Shown piece by piece: positions 51,033 to 60,635 of a stretch of 64,000 bases of DNA. Numbering within the stretch: position 1 is the first letter of the stretch; every line of letters starts with the position of its first letter. Origin of the DNA: a virus; the IMG/VR virus record IMGVR_UViG_2921665137_000001, positions 1 to 64,000 of that record; one strand, written 5' to 3'. Under the pieces are notes generated by a model. That model searched no databases and was not told where the DNA came from. It saw nothing but the letters and a program-made list of their open reading frames with translations. The translations under genes were made by a program, and so were the position numbers.

Positions 51033-51892
51033 TGACCTTTGCCCAGAAAGCGATAGCGCTCACGATCAGCCTTGGTACGGGGCAGTTCGGAGAGACGGGC
51101 GCCGATACGGTGACGTTGACCGGACTGCGAGTCAGGGCCGAAATCCAGCAGTTCGGCGGCGATGCAATGCCGCAGGTTCAGCTGCTGGTCTATGGCCTGC
51201 CGGCTGCAATGATTAACCAGTTGACGGCGATCGGATCGATCAACAATGCGGTGTTATACAAAAATTCAGTTCTGATCGCAGCCGGTGATTCAGGGTCGGC
51301 GCTGACCACGATTTATAACGGCACCATCTGGCAGGCCTGGGGCGATTACAACCAGCTACCGGATACCGCACTGAACATCTCCGCGGTTGGCGGCCTGGCC
51401 GCATCCCTGAAGCCGGTCGGGGCCTCAAGTTATCCAGGCACAGCCGATGTCGCCGCGATCATGCAGGACCTGGCGAAGACGATGGGCATCAACTTCGTGA
51501 ACAATGGCGTATCGGTCAAGCTGTCCAATCCGTATTTCCCCGGCACTGCCCTGTCGCAGGTTCGCGAGTGCGCGCGCGCGGCCGACATCTATTTCACGAT
51601 CGACAACGGCACACTGCAGATCTGGCCAAAAGGTGGTGCGCGCAACAGCACCATCCCGCTGATTTCTCCGTCGACTGGCATGGTTGGCTATCCGACCTTC
51701 TCAAGCAATGGCCTGATGGTGACGACGATGTTTAACCCGTCTGTCGTCATTGGGGGCGTGATACAGGTGCAAAGCTCGATCACTCCGGCTTCCGGAAAGT
51801 GGATAGCAACCCAGATCTCGCACTCGCTCGAAAGCGAGACGCCTGGCGGGCAATGGTTCACGCACATTCTTGGAGTGCCGTTCAATGGCTGA
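51029..51892 (+). CDS. Baseplate hub-like protein (Mu gp44-like position)
   Basis: ATGA-coupled. 287 aa. Confidence 0.5.
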   Translation: MMTFAQKAIALTISLGTGQFGETGADTVTLTGLRVRAEIQQFGGDAMPQVQLLVYGLPAAMINQLTAIGSINNAVLYKNSVLIAAGDSGSALTTIYNGTIWQAWGDYNQLPDTALNISAVGGLAASLKPVGASSYPGTADVAAIMQDLAKTMGINFVNNGVSVKLSNPYFPGTALSQVRECARAADIYFTIDNGTLQIWPKGGARNSTIPLISPSTGMVGYPTFSSNGLMVTTMFNPSVVIGGVIQVQSSITPASGKWIATQISHSLESETPGGQWFTHILGVPFNG

Positions 51893-52607
51893 AGCCGGAT
51901 ATTTGGGCACCGCCGACGCGACATCCAATGGGTCGGACTACAACGCCACGACATTCCTCGTCTGGTCGATTCTGGCGCGCGTGCGGACCATGCAAATGGT
52001 CAAGGTGGTGAAGGTCACAAACGCGGGCGGAATTGCACCGGTTGGCTTCGTGGACCTCCTGCCGCTGGTGAATCAGCTTGACGGTTACAACCACGCCGTG
52101 CCGCACGGGACGATTCATCAATGCCCGTACTTTCGCCTTCAAGGTGGAGCGAACGCGATCATCATCGATCCGCAAGTGGGAGATATCGGTTGGGCTGGGT
52201 TCGCTGATCGGGATATCTCGAGCGTGGTAGCTAACAAAGGACAGGCTAACCCGGGCAGCAAACGCATGTTTTCCATGGCGGACGCAGTTTATTTCGGCGG
52301 AATGCTGAATGGCACGCCGACGCAATACATCGCCTTTGCGAGCGGTGGGATTACGGTCGTGTCGCCCACGAAGATCACGCTTCAGGCCCCGGTCATTGAG
52401 GCCGACGCCTCGACGTCTTTCTCGGTCAACTCGCCTTCCATTGTTCTCAACGGTCCCGTCGCCCAGGGCGGCGGATCGTACGCAGGTAATGCTACCTATG
52501 CGGGAACGCTGACGGTCACGGTAGACACTGTAATCGCTGGCAAGTCGTTCATCGCGCACACGCACCATGAGAACGGCGCGGGCAGCAACACCAATCCGCC
52601 GAACTGA
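51885..52607 (+). CDS. Baseplate spike / gpV-like (Mu gp45-like) protein
   Basis: N-terminal OB-like part and a C-terminal β-helical tip (…HTHHENGAGSNT). Confidence 0.55.
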   Translation: MAEAGYLGTADATSNGSDYNATTFLVWSILARVRTMQMVKVVKVTNAGGIAPVGFVDLLPLVNQLDGYNHAVPHGTIHQCPYFRLQGGANAIIIDPQVGDIGWAGFADRDISSVVANKGQANPGSKRMFSMADAVYFGGMLNGTPTQYIAFASGGITVVSPTKITLQAPVIEADASTSFSVNSPSIVLNGPVAQGGGSYAGNATYAGTLTVTVDTVIAGKSFIAHTHHENGAGSNTNPPN

Positions 52608-52609
52608 AT

Positions 52610-52960
52610 ATGAATACGTTATTTCTCGACCCGGTTTTGTGGGACCTGACGATCGACAGTTCCGGCAACATTGCCATGGCGTCTGAGCCATACAGTCTGG
52701 CTCAGGACGCGGCATCCGCATGTCGCACGTTTCTTGGTGAGGTGTACTACAACACCGTCATCGGAGTCCCCTATTGGCAAGACATACTGGGTCAATTCCC
52801 TGCCCTATCTCTTGTAAAAGCCGACCTGGTCAATGCTGCACTGACAGTTCCCGATGTTGATTCCGCTCAGGTATTCATAACCGGTGTCGTCAATCGCCAG
52901 TTGCAAGGACAGGTGCAGGTAACGGATAGCTCTGGAAACACGACGGCAGCCAGCTTCTAG
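52610..52960 (+). CDS. gp25/GPW-like baseplate wedge protein
   Basis: Size and position fit (Mu gp46-like). Confidence 0.45.
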   Translation: MNTLFLDPVLWDLTIDSSGNIAMASEPYSLAQDAASACRTFLGEVYYNTVIGVPYWQDILGQFPALSLVKADLVNAALTVPDVDSAQVFITGVVNRQLQGQVQVTDSSGNTTAASF

Positions 52961-52982
52961 CCTGCGCACACCGAAATAACCA

Positions 52983-53006
52983 AGCCCGCTTCGACGGGCT
53001 TTTTTG
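52983..53006 (+). terminator. Rho-independent terminator
   Basis: GCCCG-cttcga-CGGGC followed by TTTTTTG. Confidence 0.55.
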
Positions 53007-53016
53007 CGTCCACTCT

Positions 53017-54423
53017 ATGGCAATTTCCACCAACGTTCCGAGCGTTACGTTTGGCGCGACAGGCCTTGTATTGCCCGCCGAATCCGCCATCCTGACGGGT
53101 GTCACTGCGGATATCAATGCCGCGTTTGGCGGAGGCCTGAATCCCGGACTGAACACGCCTCAGGGCCAGCTTGCATCAAGCCTCGCCGCGATCATCGGCG
53201 ATTGCAATGATCTGTTTGCTCAATACGTCAATGCCGTCGACCCGCGGTACTCGACCGGCATCATGCAGGATGCGCTCGCGCAGCTTTATTTTCTGGCGCG
53301 CAATCCGGCACTGCCTACGACGCTGCAAGTGACATGCATTGGCCTGGTTGGCGTCGTGATTCCGATCGGTGCGCTGATCAATGATACGAACGGAAACATC
53401 TACGCTTGCACGCAGGCCGGGACGATTCCTGCTGGTGGGTCGATCACGCTGGCATTCGCGAATCAGGTCACTGGGCCGATCGCTGTGCCGTCCAGTGTTT
53501 CGATCTACAAGTCGATTCCTGGCTGGGACACGGCGACATTCGTCTCCGGTGTTGTAGGTCAGAACGTCGAGACCCCTTCGGCATTCGAATTTCGGCGCCA
53601 GCAATCAGTTGCGATCAACGCGACTGGTTCGCTGCCGAGCATCTATGCGAACGTGTTCGCGGTGCCTGGCGTGCTGGATGTGTATGTGGCCGAAAATACG
53701 TCGGGCGTAACGAGTGGCGCGGTCTTTACTGGGTCCATTGCGACCACAACGCTGACGGTCACCGCAATGACATCGGGCACGATTGCGGTCGGCCAGATGG
53801 TCACCGGAGCGGGCGTCGCAGTCGGAACGGTCATCACGGCGCTTGGCACGGGCACGGGCGGGGCCGGGACATACACCGTAGGCATCAGCCAGACGGTGAG
53901 CTCGACCACGCTCACCGCAGCAATAGGCGGACTTCCGCTCGCGCAGAATTCGATCTATGTCGCAGCGGTGGGCGGAAGTGCGTCGGCAATCGCAACGGCC
54001 ATCTGGCAGCGTAAGAGTGTCGGTGCGAACTACAACGGGAATACGCCGCAGACGGTCACCGATACGAGCGGCTACAACATCCCGTATCCGTCGTATCAGG
54101 TCACTTTCGAGGTGCCGCCCGCGCTGCCGATTCTCTTTTCGGTCACGCTTGCCAACAACAGCAGCCTACCGTCGAACATCGTTTCACTGGTGCAAGCAGC
54201 CATCCTGAACGCCTTTATCGGCGGTGATGGCGGCTCGCGTGCCCGGATCGGGTCGACGATCTTCGCAAGTCGTTATTACGCGCCGATCGCGACGATCTCA
54301 CCCTTCGTTGAAATCCTCTCGGTGTTTATCGGCACGACTGCGGCCACGCTGAATGCGCTGACGGTGCCGATCAACAACGTCCCCACGGCCGCGGCCGGCA
54401 ATATCTCTGTGGCGCTGGTGTAA
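53017..54423 (+). CDS. Baseplate J-like protein (Mu gp47-like) with one inserted repeat-domain copy
   Basis: Baseplate_J architecture. Repeat [22 protein letters not shown]...[20 protein letters not shown] at about 53722-53911. Confidence 0.7.
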   Translation: MAISTNVPSVTFGATGLVLPAESAILTGVTADINAAFGGGLNPGLNTPQGQLASSLAAIIGDCNDLFAQYVNAVDPRYSTGIMQDALAQLYFLARNPALPTTLQVTCIGLVGVVIPIGALINDTNGNIYACTQAGTIPAGGSITLAFANQVTGPIAVPSSVSIYKSIPGWDTATFVSGVVGQNVETPSAFEFRRQQSVAINATGSLPSIYANVFAVPGVLDVYVAENTSGVTSGAVFTGSIATTTLTVTAMTSGTIAVGQMVTGAGVAVGTVITALGTGTGGAGTYTVGISQTVSSTTLTAAIGGLPLAQNSIYVAAVGGSASAIATAIWQRKSVGANYNGNTPQTVTDTSGYNIPYPSYQVTFEVPPALPILFSVTLANNSSLPSNIVSLVQAAILNAFIGGDGGSRARIGSTIFASRYYAPIATISPFVEILSVFIGTTAATLNALTVPINNVPTAAAGNISVALV

Positions 54424-55085
54424 TGGTCAATCTCGAGCAAACCATTATCTCGCAGTACGCGAATAGTTCGATCATCACGCAGTTGGTGACGAACATGAAC
54501 CAGTACATAGACCCGCGCGCGAACCTGGCCCAGTTCTACAGCTTCGTCTTCAACGTACAGACCGCACAAAGCTGGGGGCTGGATATTCTGGGGCGCATTG
54601 TCGGCGTGTCGAGAAACATCCAGATTCCCGGTGCAATCACGGATCTGGGCTTCAAGGAAGGGTTGAACTATCAACCCTTCGGCCAGGCGCCGTTCTATGC
54701 CGGGACGCCCGCGACGAACACTTACATCCTGTCCGATCCGGCGTATCGCACGCTGATTCTCGTCAAGGCGCTCGGCAACATCTCGAGCAGCACGGCGCAT
54801 AGCCTGAATCAATTGCTGCAAAACCTGTTCGCTGGCCGCGGCCGTTGCTATGTAAGCGACACGGGTGGCATGCAGATGCGCTTCACGTTTGAGTTCGCCC
54901 TCTATCCCTATGAGATTTCGATCCTGACGCAGTCGGGCGCGGTGCCACGTCCTGCGGCCGTGAACGCAAAGATTCTGCAAGTGGATATCCCGACGACCTT
55001 CGGTTTCAACGAGGCCGGGATCTACCAAAACTTTGGCCACGGCGTATTTTTCAACGCGTCGACTGGCCTGCTGAACGCAGCCTGA
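54423..55085 (+). CDS. Mu gp48-like tail protein (DUF2612-like)
   Basis: Positioned immediately after the J-like gene, with an overlapping start. Confidence 0.6.
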   Translation: MVNLEQTIISQYANSSIITQLVTNMNQYIDPRANLAQFYSFVFNVQTAQSWGLDILGRIVGVSRNIQIPGAITDLGFKEGLNYQPFGQAPFYAGTPATNTYILSDPAYRTLILVKALGNISSSTAHSLNQLLQNLFAGRGRCYVSDTGGMQMRFTFEFALYPYEISILTQSGAVPRPAAVNAKILQVDIPTTFGFNEAGIYQNFGHGVFFNASTGLLNAA

Positions 55086-55104
55086 CTCTCGTCCATTCCG
55101 CATC

Positions 55105-55129
55105 AAGCCCGCTCCGGCGGGCTTTTTTG
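55105..55129 (+). terminator. Rho-independent terminator
   Basis: GCCCGC-tccg-GCGGGC followed by TTTTTTG. Confidence 0.6.
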
Positions 55130-55143
55130 TTGCCAGGATACAC

Positions 55144-56415
55144 ATGCAAGCCTCAAACATCCCGTCGAAGGTTCCGCTTCCGTTCGCCAATTCGGGCACG
55201 AAGAACACGATCCCGACCGCATCGCAGATCGGCATTACGCCTGGGGCCGCTTCACTGACCGATGGATTTCCTCCGCTCACCTTCACGCCGCTCGCGTCTG
55301 GCGGTGTGCCTCCTGCTGGCGCGGACTTCAACGGGGTTCTTAACCTGATCACGGCCATCCAGCAATGGCAATCGGCTGGCGGCAATTTCAAGTGGGACTC
55401 GGCGTTCTCAACGTCGGTGGGTGGCTATCCGAAGGGCGCCGTGCTGGTCAATTCGACCAACGATGGGATGTGGCTATGCCTGGCCGACAACAACGCGACC
55501 AACCCGGACGCGACGGACGGCAGCGCGGCGAACTGGGCACCGATCGACGCTTATGGCGCAACGAACATCGCCCTGACCAATGCCAACGTCACGTTGACTC
55601 CGGCCCAGTTCTCGAAGCCGATCATCGTCCTGGCCGGCACGCTGACCGGCAACGTCCAGTTGACGATGCCGAAGATCGTCGGGACGTGGTACGTCGTCAA
55701 CAGCACGACTGGCGCATTCACCGCCTCGCTGCTGACCGCATCCGGCACACCCATCGCCATTGCGCAGGGCGGCGCAGCGTTCGTTCGCGGCGACGGCACC
55801 AACGTACTGAACGACGCCCTCCAGATCGCCCCCGCCACGCAGAGCCAGCATGCGGTGCAGCTCAGTCAATTGGGGAACTTCCAGGCTGTCGTGTCGGTTT
55901 CGGGCAACCTGACGCTAAACAGCACCTCGTTTGGCAAGTTCTACCAGACTGTAAGTGGCGCGGGCGGCTACACGATTACGCTATCTGCTGTCGGTAACGG
56001 CGGTCAAACTATCTGCTTTTTTAACAGTTCGACAGGCAATCTCACGCTGACGGCAGCCAACTTTAATACCGCATATGGGTCTGGCGTCACGTCAATCGTG
56101 CTGCCTCCTGCTTCAACAGTTCAGTTGACATACGATGGCACTTCGTACAATGGCATTGGCGGTTCTGCAGCAATTGGTACCGCCATTCGTCCGCAGTCCG
56201 CAACCGGCGTAGGTCAATGGTCGGCACTAACGGTTACCGGGTCAGGGGCAAGTACATTTTTGACGTTGCCCGCAGGCGGGACGTGGGCATATAACGCTTT
56301 CGTTCAAGGCAGTGGTGGAGCAACCGCTATTGCATCGGGCGGTACCAACGTATACGGCCCATATAATTCGACGTCTTTTCCTATCGCAAACGGCTTTGCC
56401 TACAGGATTGCATAA
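55144..56415 (+). CDS. Tail fibre protein
   Basis: Conserved tail-fibre N-terminus (MQASNIPSKVPLPFANSGTKNTIPTASQIGITPGAASLTDGFPPLTF). The C-terminus is β-rich and variable. Confidence 0.75.
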   Translation: MQASNIPSKVPLPFANSGTKNTIPTASQIGITPGAASLTDGFPPLTFTPLASGGVPPAGADFNGVLNLITAIQQWQSAGGNFKWDSAFSTSVGGYPKGAVLVNSTNDGMWLCLADNNATNPDATDGSAANWAPIDAYGATNIALTNANVTLTPAQFSKPIIVLAGTLTGNVQLTMPKIVGTWYVVNSTTGAFTASLLTASGTPIAIAQGGAAFVRGDGTNVLNDALQIAPATQSQHAVQLSQLGNFQAVVSVSGNLTLNSTSFGKFYQTVSGAGGYTITLSAVGNGGQTICFFNSSTGNLTLTAANFNTAYGSGVTSIVLPPASTVQLTYDGTSYNGIGGSAAIGTAIRPQSATGVGQWSALTVTGSGASTFLTLPAGGTWAYNAFVQGSGGATAIASGGTNVYGPYNSTSFPIANGFAYRIA

Positions 56416-56831
56416 TGACCAGTTCCTTCTTGCAGATGGGTTTTGGACCCTCAGTCACCGCAAAATCCGCAACGCCTGCGACGGACGGATATGACGGAAC
56501 ATTCGGTGGATTTCCATACAACATCCATCCGGTCGCGACGCCGGATGTGTATGCTGCCCTGCTAGCAGCAATCGCTGATAACGATGTCACGGTTACGCCG
56601 TACTCGCCTCGAGTTGTCTCGTCGGCGCAGTTGTGGGCCAACTATCAGACGCAAGCTCAGAGCGTCCTGACGGAATCCGACAAGACGATTCTGCGGTGCT
56701 ACGAGAATGGCGTCACGGTGCCTGCGGCATGGGCGACCTACCGCAAGGCGTTGCGCGCGATCATCAGCGCGACGTCCGGGGATCCAGCGCAGCCGTTACC
56801 AGCCAGGCCAGCTTATCCAGCAGGAACATGA
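56415..56831 (+). CDS. Tail fibre assembly protein
   Basis: ATGA-coupled to the fibre gene. C-terminal YRKALRAI motif. Confidence 0.55.
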   Translation: MTSSFLQMGFGPSVTAKSATPATDGYDGTFGGFPYNIHPVATPDVYAALLAAIADNDVTVTPYSPRVVSSAQLWANYQTQAQSVLTESDKTILRCYENGVTVPAAWATYRKALRAIISATSGDPAQPLPARPAYPAGT

Positions 56832-56896
56832 CCGGTCGATTGGCTCACTCTACTCAAGCCTTCGTATATCCGCATCCTGCAATTCGCAACACTACC

Positions 56897-57097
56897 TCAC
56901 CAGATAGACTGCTCGAATTGCACGGCCGCATCATGGCCCCTCTGCCAGCTTCGATACGCATCAGTGCCGGGAGCGTATCGATTGAGATCGCCCGCATTCG
57001 ATTTCCATCCTTCCTGATAGGCCGGGGTTTGCTCAATCTCAGCCAGGTCTCCCCGATCGGTCAAGGCTCGAACAATACGCTTGATCACGGTTTTCAT
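56897..57097 (-). CDS. Hypothetical small protein (66 aa)
   Basis: A GAGGTG ribosome-binding site lies 7 nt upstream of the ATG. Confidence 0.4.
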   Translation of the reverse strand: MKTVIKRIVRALTDRGDLAEIEQTPAYQEGWKSNAGDLNRYAPGTDAYRSWQRGHDAAVQFEQSIW

Positions 57098-57165
57098 TTA
57101 ACGCACCTCGCACTTGCGTTATTTACAAAATAGTAATGCGCGGAAGATTCGCGACAGTATAGCGT

Positions 57166-57990
57166 TTACCGCCCCAGCATCTTCCGCACGACTGGCAGCA
57201 GCGCCGCAAAGTAATTCTTCTCCTTGAATGCATACCCCGCATCGTTCGGGTGCACACAATCGCTGCTCATAAACGCGATGTTCCACGGTTGGGGGTTGGG
57301 CGGCGTCGTGTAGTTCTCGAAGTTCGCCAGATTCGGTAACGCCGTGTAGCCAGAAGCCCCGAATAGTTGGTCAGCCGCCGCGACAAGCGCGTTTGTGCCG
57401 GTTTGTGGGTCGGCGAGGTTCATGTCTGAACGGCAGATCGGGTTAGGCTCGGCATAAACCGGAACCGCGCCGGCTGCTGTAACTGTGCTGATCCACTGCT
57501 GCATCCAGGTGATGTAGGTCGAAACATTCTCGCCAAGTACATACTGGTCATTGATTTCACTGTTGGTGATGACGATATCGGCAGGCGTTGTGAGTTGCGC
57601 AAGGCGTGTCGCAAGCGGCGCAGTGTCTGGCGCCAAGCCTTGCAGGCTGTGCATCAATGTGCCACCGGGAATAGATCCGTCGATCACAGTGACCACGCCT
57701 GCGCCAAGCGCTGCGTCAAAATCAGCCTGCATCATCTGTGCAGGCGAAGGGTCTACGCGGCCAGCAATACCGTTGCCAATACCGGGATACTGCACTTTGT
57801 TAGGCGAATCAATATCGGCTCCGTAGCCCGTGCTGTCTTCGTCAAGATAGATCGTGGCGTGGGTCTTGTGTGCAGGGGCTGGCCCTGCGGCCGTAGTCGA
57901 TGTGGGCGTCGGCGTGCCGCTTCCGCCGCCACCGCCGCAGCCTGCGAGATTGATAGCGAGTACCGCAGCGAGTGCATATTTTTTGAGCAT
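57166..57990 (-). CDS. Lipoprotein SGNH/GDSL-family hydrolase
   Basis: Signal peptide with lipobox (MLKKYALAAVLAINLAGC). Blocks DEDSTGYG, EIND and DCVHPNDAGY. The start is chosen at MLKKY. Confidence 0.7.
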   Translation of the reverse strand: MLKKYALAAVLAINLAGCGGGGGSGTPTPTSTTAAGPAPAHKTHATIYLDEDSTGYGADIDSPNKVQYPGIGNGIAGRVDPSPAQMMQADFDAALGAGVVTVIDGSIPGGTLMHSLQGLAPDTAPLATRLAQLTTPADIVITNSEINDQYVLGENVSTYITWMQQWISTVTAAGAVPVYAEPNPICRSDMNLADPQTGTNALVAAADQLFGASGYTALPNLANFENYTTPPNPQPWNIAFMSSDCVHPNDAGYAFKEKNYFAALLPVVRKMLGR

Positions 57991-58067
57991 GATTATTCCT
58001 TCGGGCGCGTCAATCCTATGACGGCGCGCGCCATGTCGATTCGTTGGAAAGAGGGGGAAAGCTGCCG

Positions 58068-58920
58068 TTATTCGGGCTGCTGGATTAACTGCCGAGTGAG
58101 TGGCGCGAGAATCGCGGCCTCGCGTTGCGCCTTGATTTGGAAAATGGCGTTGTCTGGAAATATCCCAGCCGTATAGTGCGAGCACAGGTTCGGGATCGTT
58201 TGCAGGTAGTCGTACTGCTTCACGAGCGGGACGCTGTACTGCGCCGCGATGTTATCCATCGCCGAGACGTAGTTCGCCAAGTATGGTCGGCTATTGTCGC
58301 AAACGGGACCCGGCTCTTCCAAAACGGCGATTTTTCCTGCAACTCTCACCGCCTGAACCCATGCCACAAGCGCGTCCGAATATGGTCCGAGAGATTGCGA
58401 CAGGTCATCATTGACCGCATGTGCATCCAGAACGATTTGCGCCTTCGATGACTGAATGCGTTGTGCGAACGGAGCGCCACCACCGTCAACGCCGGCCATC
58501 ATGTTCAGAAGCGTCGATGCCGATCCGCCTTCAGCGCGATTGTCGAGCGTTATCGCATCCCCGAATTGCGCTTGCAAGATGGCCTGCGTGTCGGCCGGCT
58601 CGCTTTGCGGGTTGAATGTGTAGAACGGTGGCGAAGAGCCGAACATCGCATCGTCGCCGTGGACCTCGATCAGGACTGTCTTTGGCGGCGGTGCGACTGG
58701 CGTTGACGCCGGAAGCGGTGCAACGGGAGTTGATGCCGGAATTGGCGCAGAAGCCGCCTCCGGGCCTGACGCAGCAACCGGAGCCGATACCGGCGCAGAT
58801 GCCGCTATAGGCGAAGACGCCACGATCTGAACGGGCGCGACTGGCTGGGCTTTGCTAGTCGGCGATGTGTCGGGCGTATTGCCGCCGCATGCCGCGATGC
58901 AAACCGACAGAGCCGCGATT
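58068..58920 (-). CDS. Lipoprotein paralog of the SGNH hydrolase, with no canonical start codon and a degenerate catalytic block (possible pseudogene or unusual initiation)
   Basis: Lipobox LSVCIAAC, a Pro/Ala/Ser linker and a domain alignable to 57166..57990 (GDDAMFG, AVNDD, LCSHY replacing DCVHP). The in-frame region upstream of the lipobox has no ATG/GTG/TTG after the stop of the regulator gene. Confidence 0.45.
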
Positions 58921-59215
58921 ACTCCTGCTCGCCAACGTCCGCCGACAGATCGATCGTAGCCCCTGCCCGGCGCATGCGCGCGAGGATTCGTTCGATAGCC
59001 TCGGCGCTCAGTTCTTTTTGAGCCAGCCCGAAGAATAACGTCTGCGCGCTGATCTCCCGCCGTTTCTCGCCCTGTTCCGTGTAGCCCCTCCAGTGTCGGC
59101 CGCTCGAAAGGCCGAACAACTTCGCCATCCGGGCACTCGATAGACCGAGTTCGTCCTTGAGGCGCTGAAGCTCTTTCGCAGAAGGTGCCTTGTACTTCAT
59201 GTCGAAATAATCCAT
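58919..59215 (-). CDS. XRE-like HTH transcriptional regulator (98 aa)
   Basis: SAKELQRLKDELGLSSARMAKLFGLSSGRHWRGYTEQ. Divergent from the lysis genes and heads the lipoprotein operon. Confidence 0.6.
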   Translation of the reverse strand: MDYFDMKYKAPSAKELQRLKDELGLSSARMAKLFGLSSGRHWRGYTEQGEKRREISAQTLFFGLAQKELSAEAIERILARMRRAGATIDLSADVGEQE

Positions 59216-59374
59216 CGCCAGTAAAGGCGCGAAACAAGCGGTTCATGGTTTTCCTCTCGGAGATTGTGGCCGCGCGAGTGCGCTTCCAGTACTGAGCATC
59301 CTAGGCGCAAAGTGCCTAGGCGTCAAGCAAAACATATCGCCGTCATCGAGCGGCTTTTTCTTTTCGGGGCATCA

Positions 59375-59638
59375 ATGGATAACACGGTTCTCTACATCGG
59401 CGGCGCAGTAGCAACGGCAGTCGGCACGGTCGCATGGTGGACATTTCGCTCGATACACGGACGCGTAGAGGCAAATGAAAAAGACCTCGCCGCCTTCAAG
59501 TTGCACTGCGCGGAAACGTATGTGACGTCAAGCGCCTTGGAGAAGGCCATTGATCGTTTCAGCGAGTCGATTAATGCCGTGTTCGACAAGTTGAATAGAA
59601 TCGACGAAAAGTTAGATCGCAAGGTAGATAAGCCATGA
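59375..59638 (+). CDS. Putative holin / single-TM lysis protein
   Basis: N-terminal transmembrane helix (VLYIGGAVATAVGTVAWWTF) with a coiled-coil C-terminus. It is the first gene of the lysis cluster. Confidence 0.4.
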   Translation: MDNTVLYIGGAVATAVGTVAWWTFRSIHGRVEANEKDLAAFKLHCAETYVTSSALEKAIDRFSESINAVFDKLNRIDEKLDRKVDKP

Positions 59639-59991
59639 CCCATGCCATCAAATGGCTCGACGACGTTGAGGATCACGACTACGACGCCGCCCATTCGTAC
59701 CTCTCGCTCCACTTCGACCAGCGGCGAGTCGAAATGCTGGTTGATCTTCTGCGCGAGTCGGAAATCACTCAGTTCGCTGCCAAGGATATCTTCCGCGCTA
59801 GTGGACTGACGTTATTGACCGCCGACAACCGGCATGTCGAGCACAACAGGAAAAAGGTCGAGAGCGGAAAGCGGTTGTCTCCGATCCTGCTGGTGCGCGG
59901 ACAACCCTTGATCGTTTGCGACGGCTTCCATCGTTTGTCGTTCGCCTACGGCGTCAGCGAAGACGCCGAGATCCCCTGCAAGATCGCGTAG
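59635..59991 (+). CDS. Hypothetical protein (118 aa) in the lysis cluster
   Basis: ATGA-coupled. Confidence 0.5.
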   Translation: MTHAIKWLDDVEDHDYDAAHSYLSLHFDQRRVEMLVDLLRESEITQFAAKDIFRASGLTLLTADNRHVEHNRKKVESGKRLSPILLVRGQPLIVCDGFHRLSFAYGVSEDAEIPCKIA

Positions 59992-59999
59992 AGGTTGCC

Positions 60000-60560
60000 A
60001 TGAATCTCGACTCAAGCATCGTTGCCGCAGCATGCGGAGCCACGGTTCTTCGTTCCTCGCAATGGGTTTCGCCGCTCCAGGCAGCATGCGACAAGTACGA
60101 AATCAACACGCCGTTGCGTGCCGCAGCGTTCCTGGCTGAGGTTGGCGTTGAGTCGGGCCGACTGGTCTACACGAAGGAAATATGGGGACCAACAGAGGCG
60201 CAACAGGGTTACGAGGGACGTGCTGACCTCGGCAATACCCAGCCAGGTGACGGCAAGCTGTTCATGGGCCGCGGACTCATCCAGATTACCGGACGCCGGA
60301 ACTACCTGCTCTGCGGCATCGGGCTCGAGCTTGACCTCATCGCTCACCCGGAATTGCTCGAGCAACCCGCCGACGCCGCCCTGTCAGCAGCTTGGTACTG
60401 GTCGAATCGCAATCTGAATGCACTGGCGGATACCGGCAATTTCCTCGCCGTGAGCCGCGCAATCAACCTCGGCAGCCCGAATTCGAAAGCCATGCCAAAC
60501 GGCTATTCGCAACGGCTTGCGCTGTACGGCGCGGCCAAGAAGGTGCTCCACGTCGCCTGA
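60000..60560 (+). CDS. GH19 (chitinase-like) endolysin
   Basis: GH19 signature LFMGRGLIQITGRRNY. The ATG at 60000 is preceded by GAGG. Confidence 0.85.
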   Translation: MNLDSSIVAAACGATVLRSSQWVSPLQAACDKYEINTPLRAAAFLAEVGVESGRLVYTKEIWGPTEAQQGYEGRADLGNTQPGDGKLFMGRGLIQITGRRNYLLCGIGLELDLIAHPELLEQPADAALSAAWYWSNRNLNALADTGNFLAVSRAINLGSPNSKAMPNGYSQRLALYGAAKKVLHVA

Positions 60561-60584
60561 ATCCCGGATCCCTTCATCTCTGAT

Positions 60585-60608
60585 GCCCGCCTCGAGCGGG
60601 CTTTTTTA
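60585..60608 (+). terminator. Rho-independent terminator after the lysis genes
   Basis: GCCCGC-ctcga-GCGGGC followed by TTTTTTATT. Confidence 0.65.
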
Positions 60609-60635
60609 TTGGCTACGCTCGCGAAGGAAATAGCA

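Noticed and set aside
57595-58176. 193-aa plus-strand ORF across the lipoprotein genes
   Set aside because: Antisense to lipoprotein genes with signal peptides and conserved blocks. Cys/Arg-rich.
58068-59246. Full-length 392-aa reading of the second lipoprotein ORF from ATG 59246
   Set aside because: The N-terminal 110 codons overlap the HTH regulator gene in another frame and translate to low-complexity Arg/Gly sequence. The real product must begin near the lipobox (about 58920).
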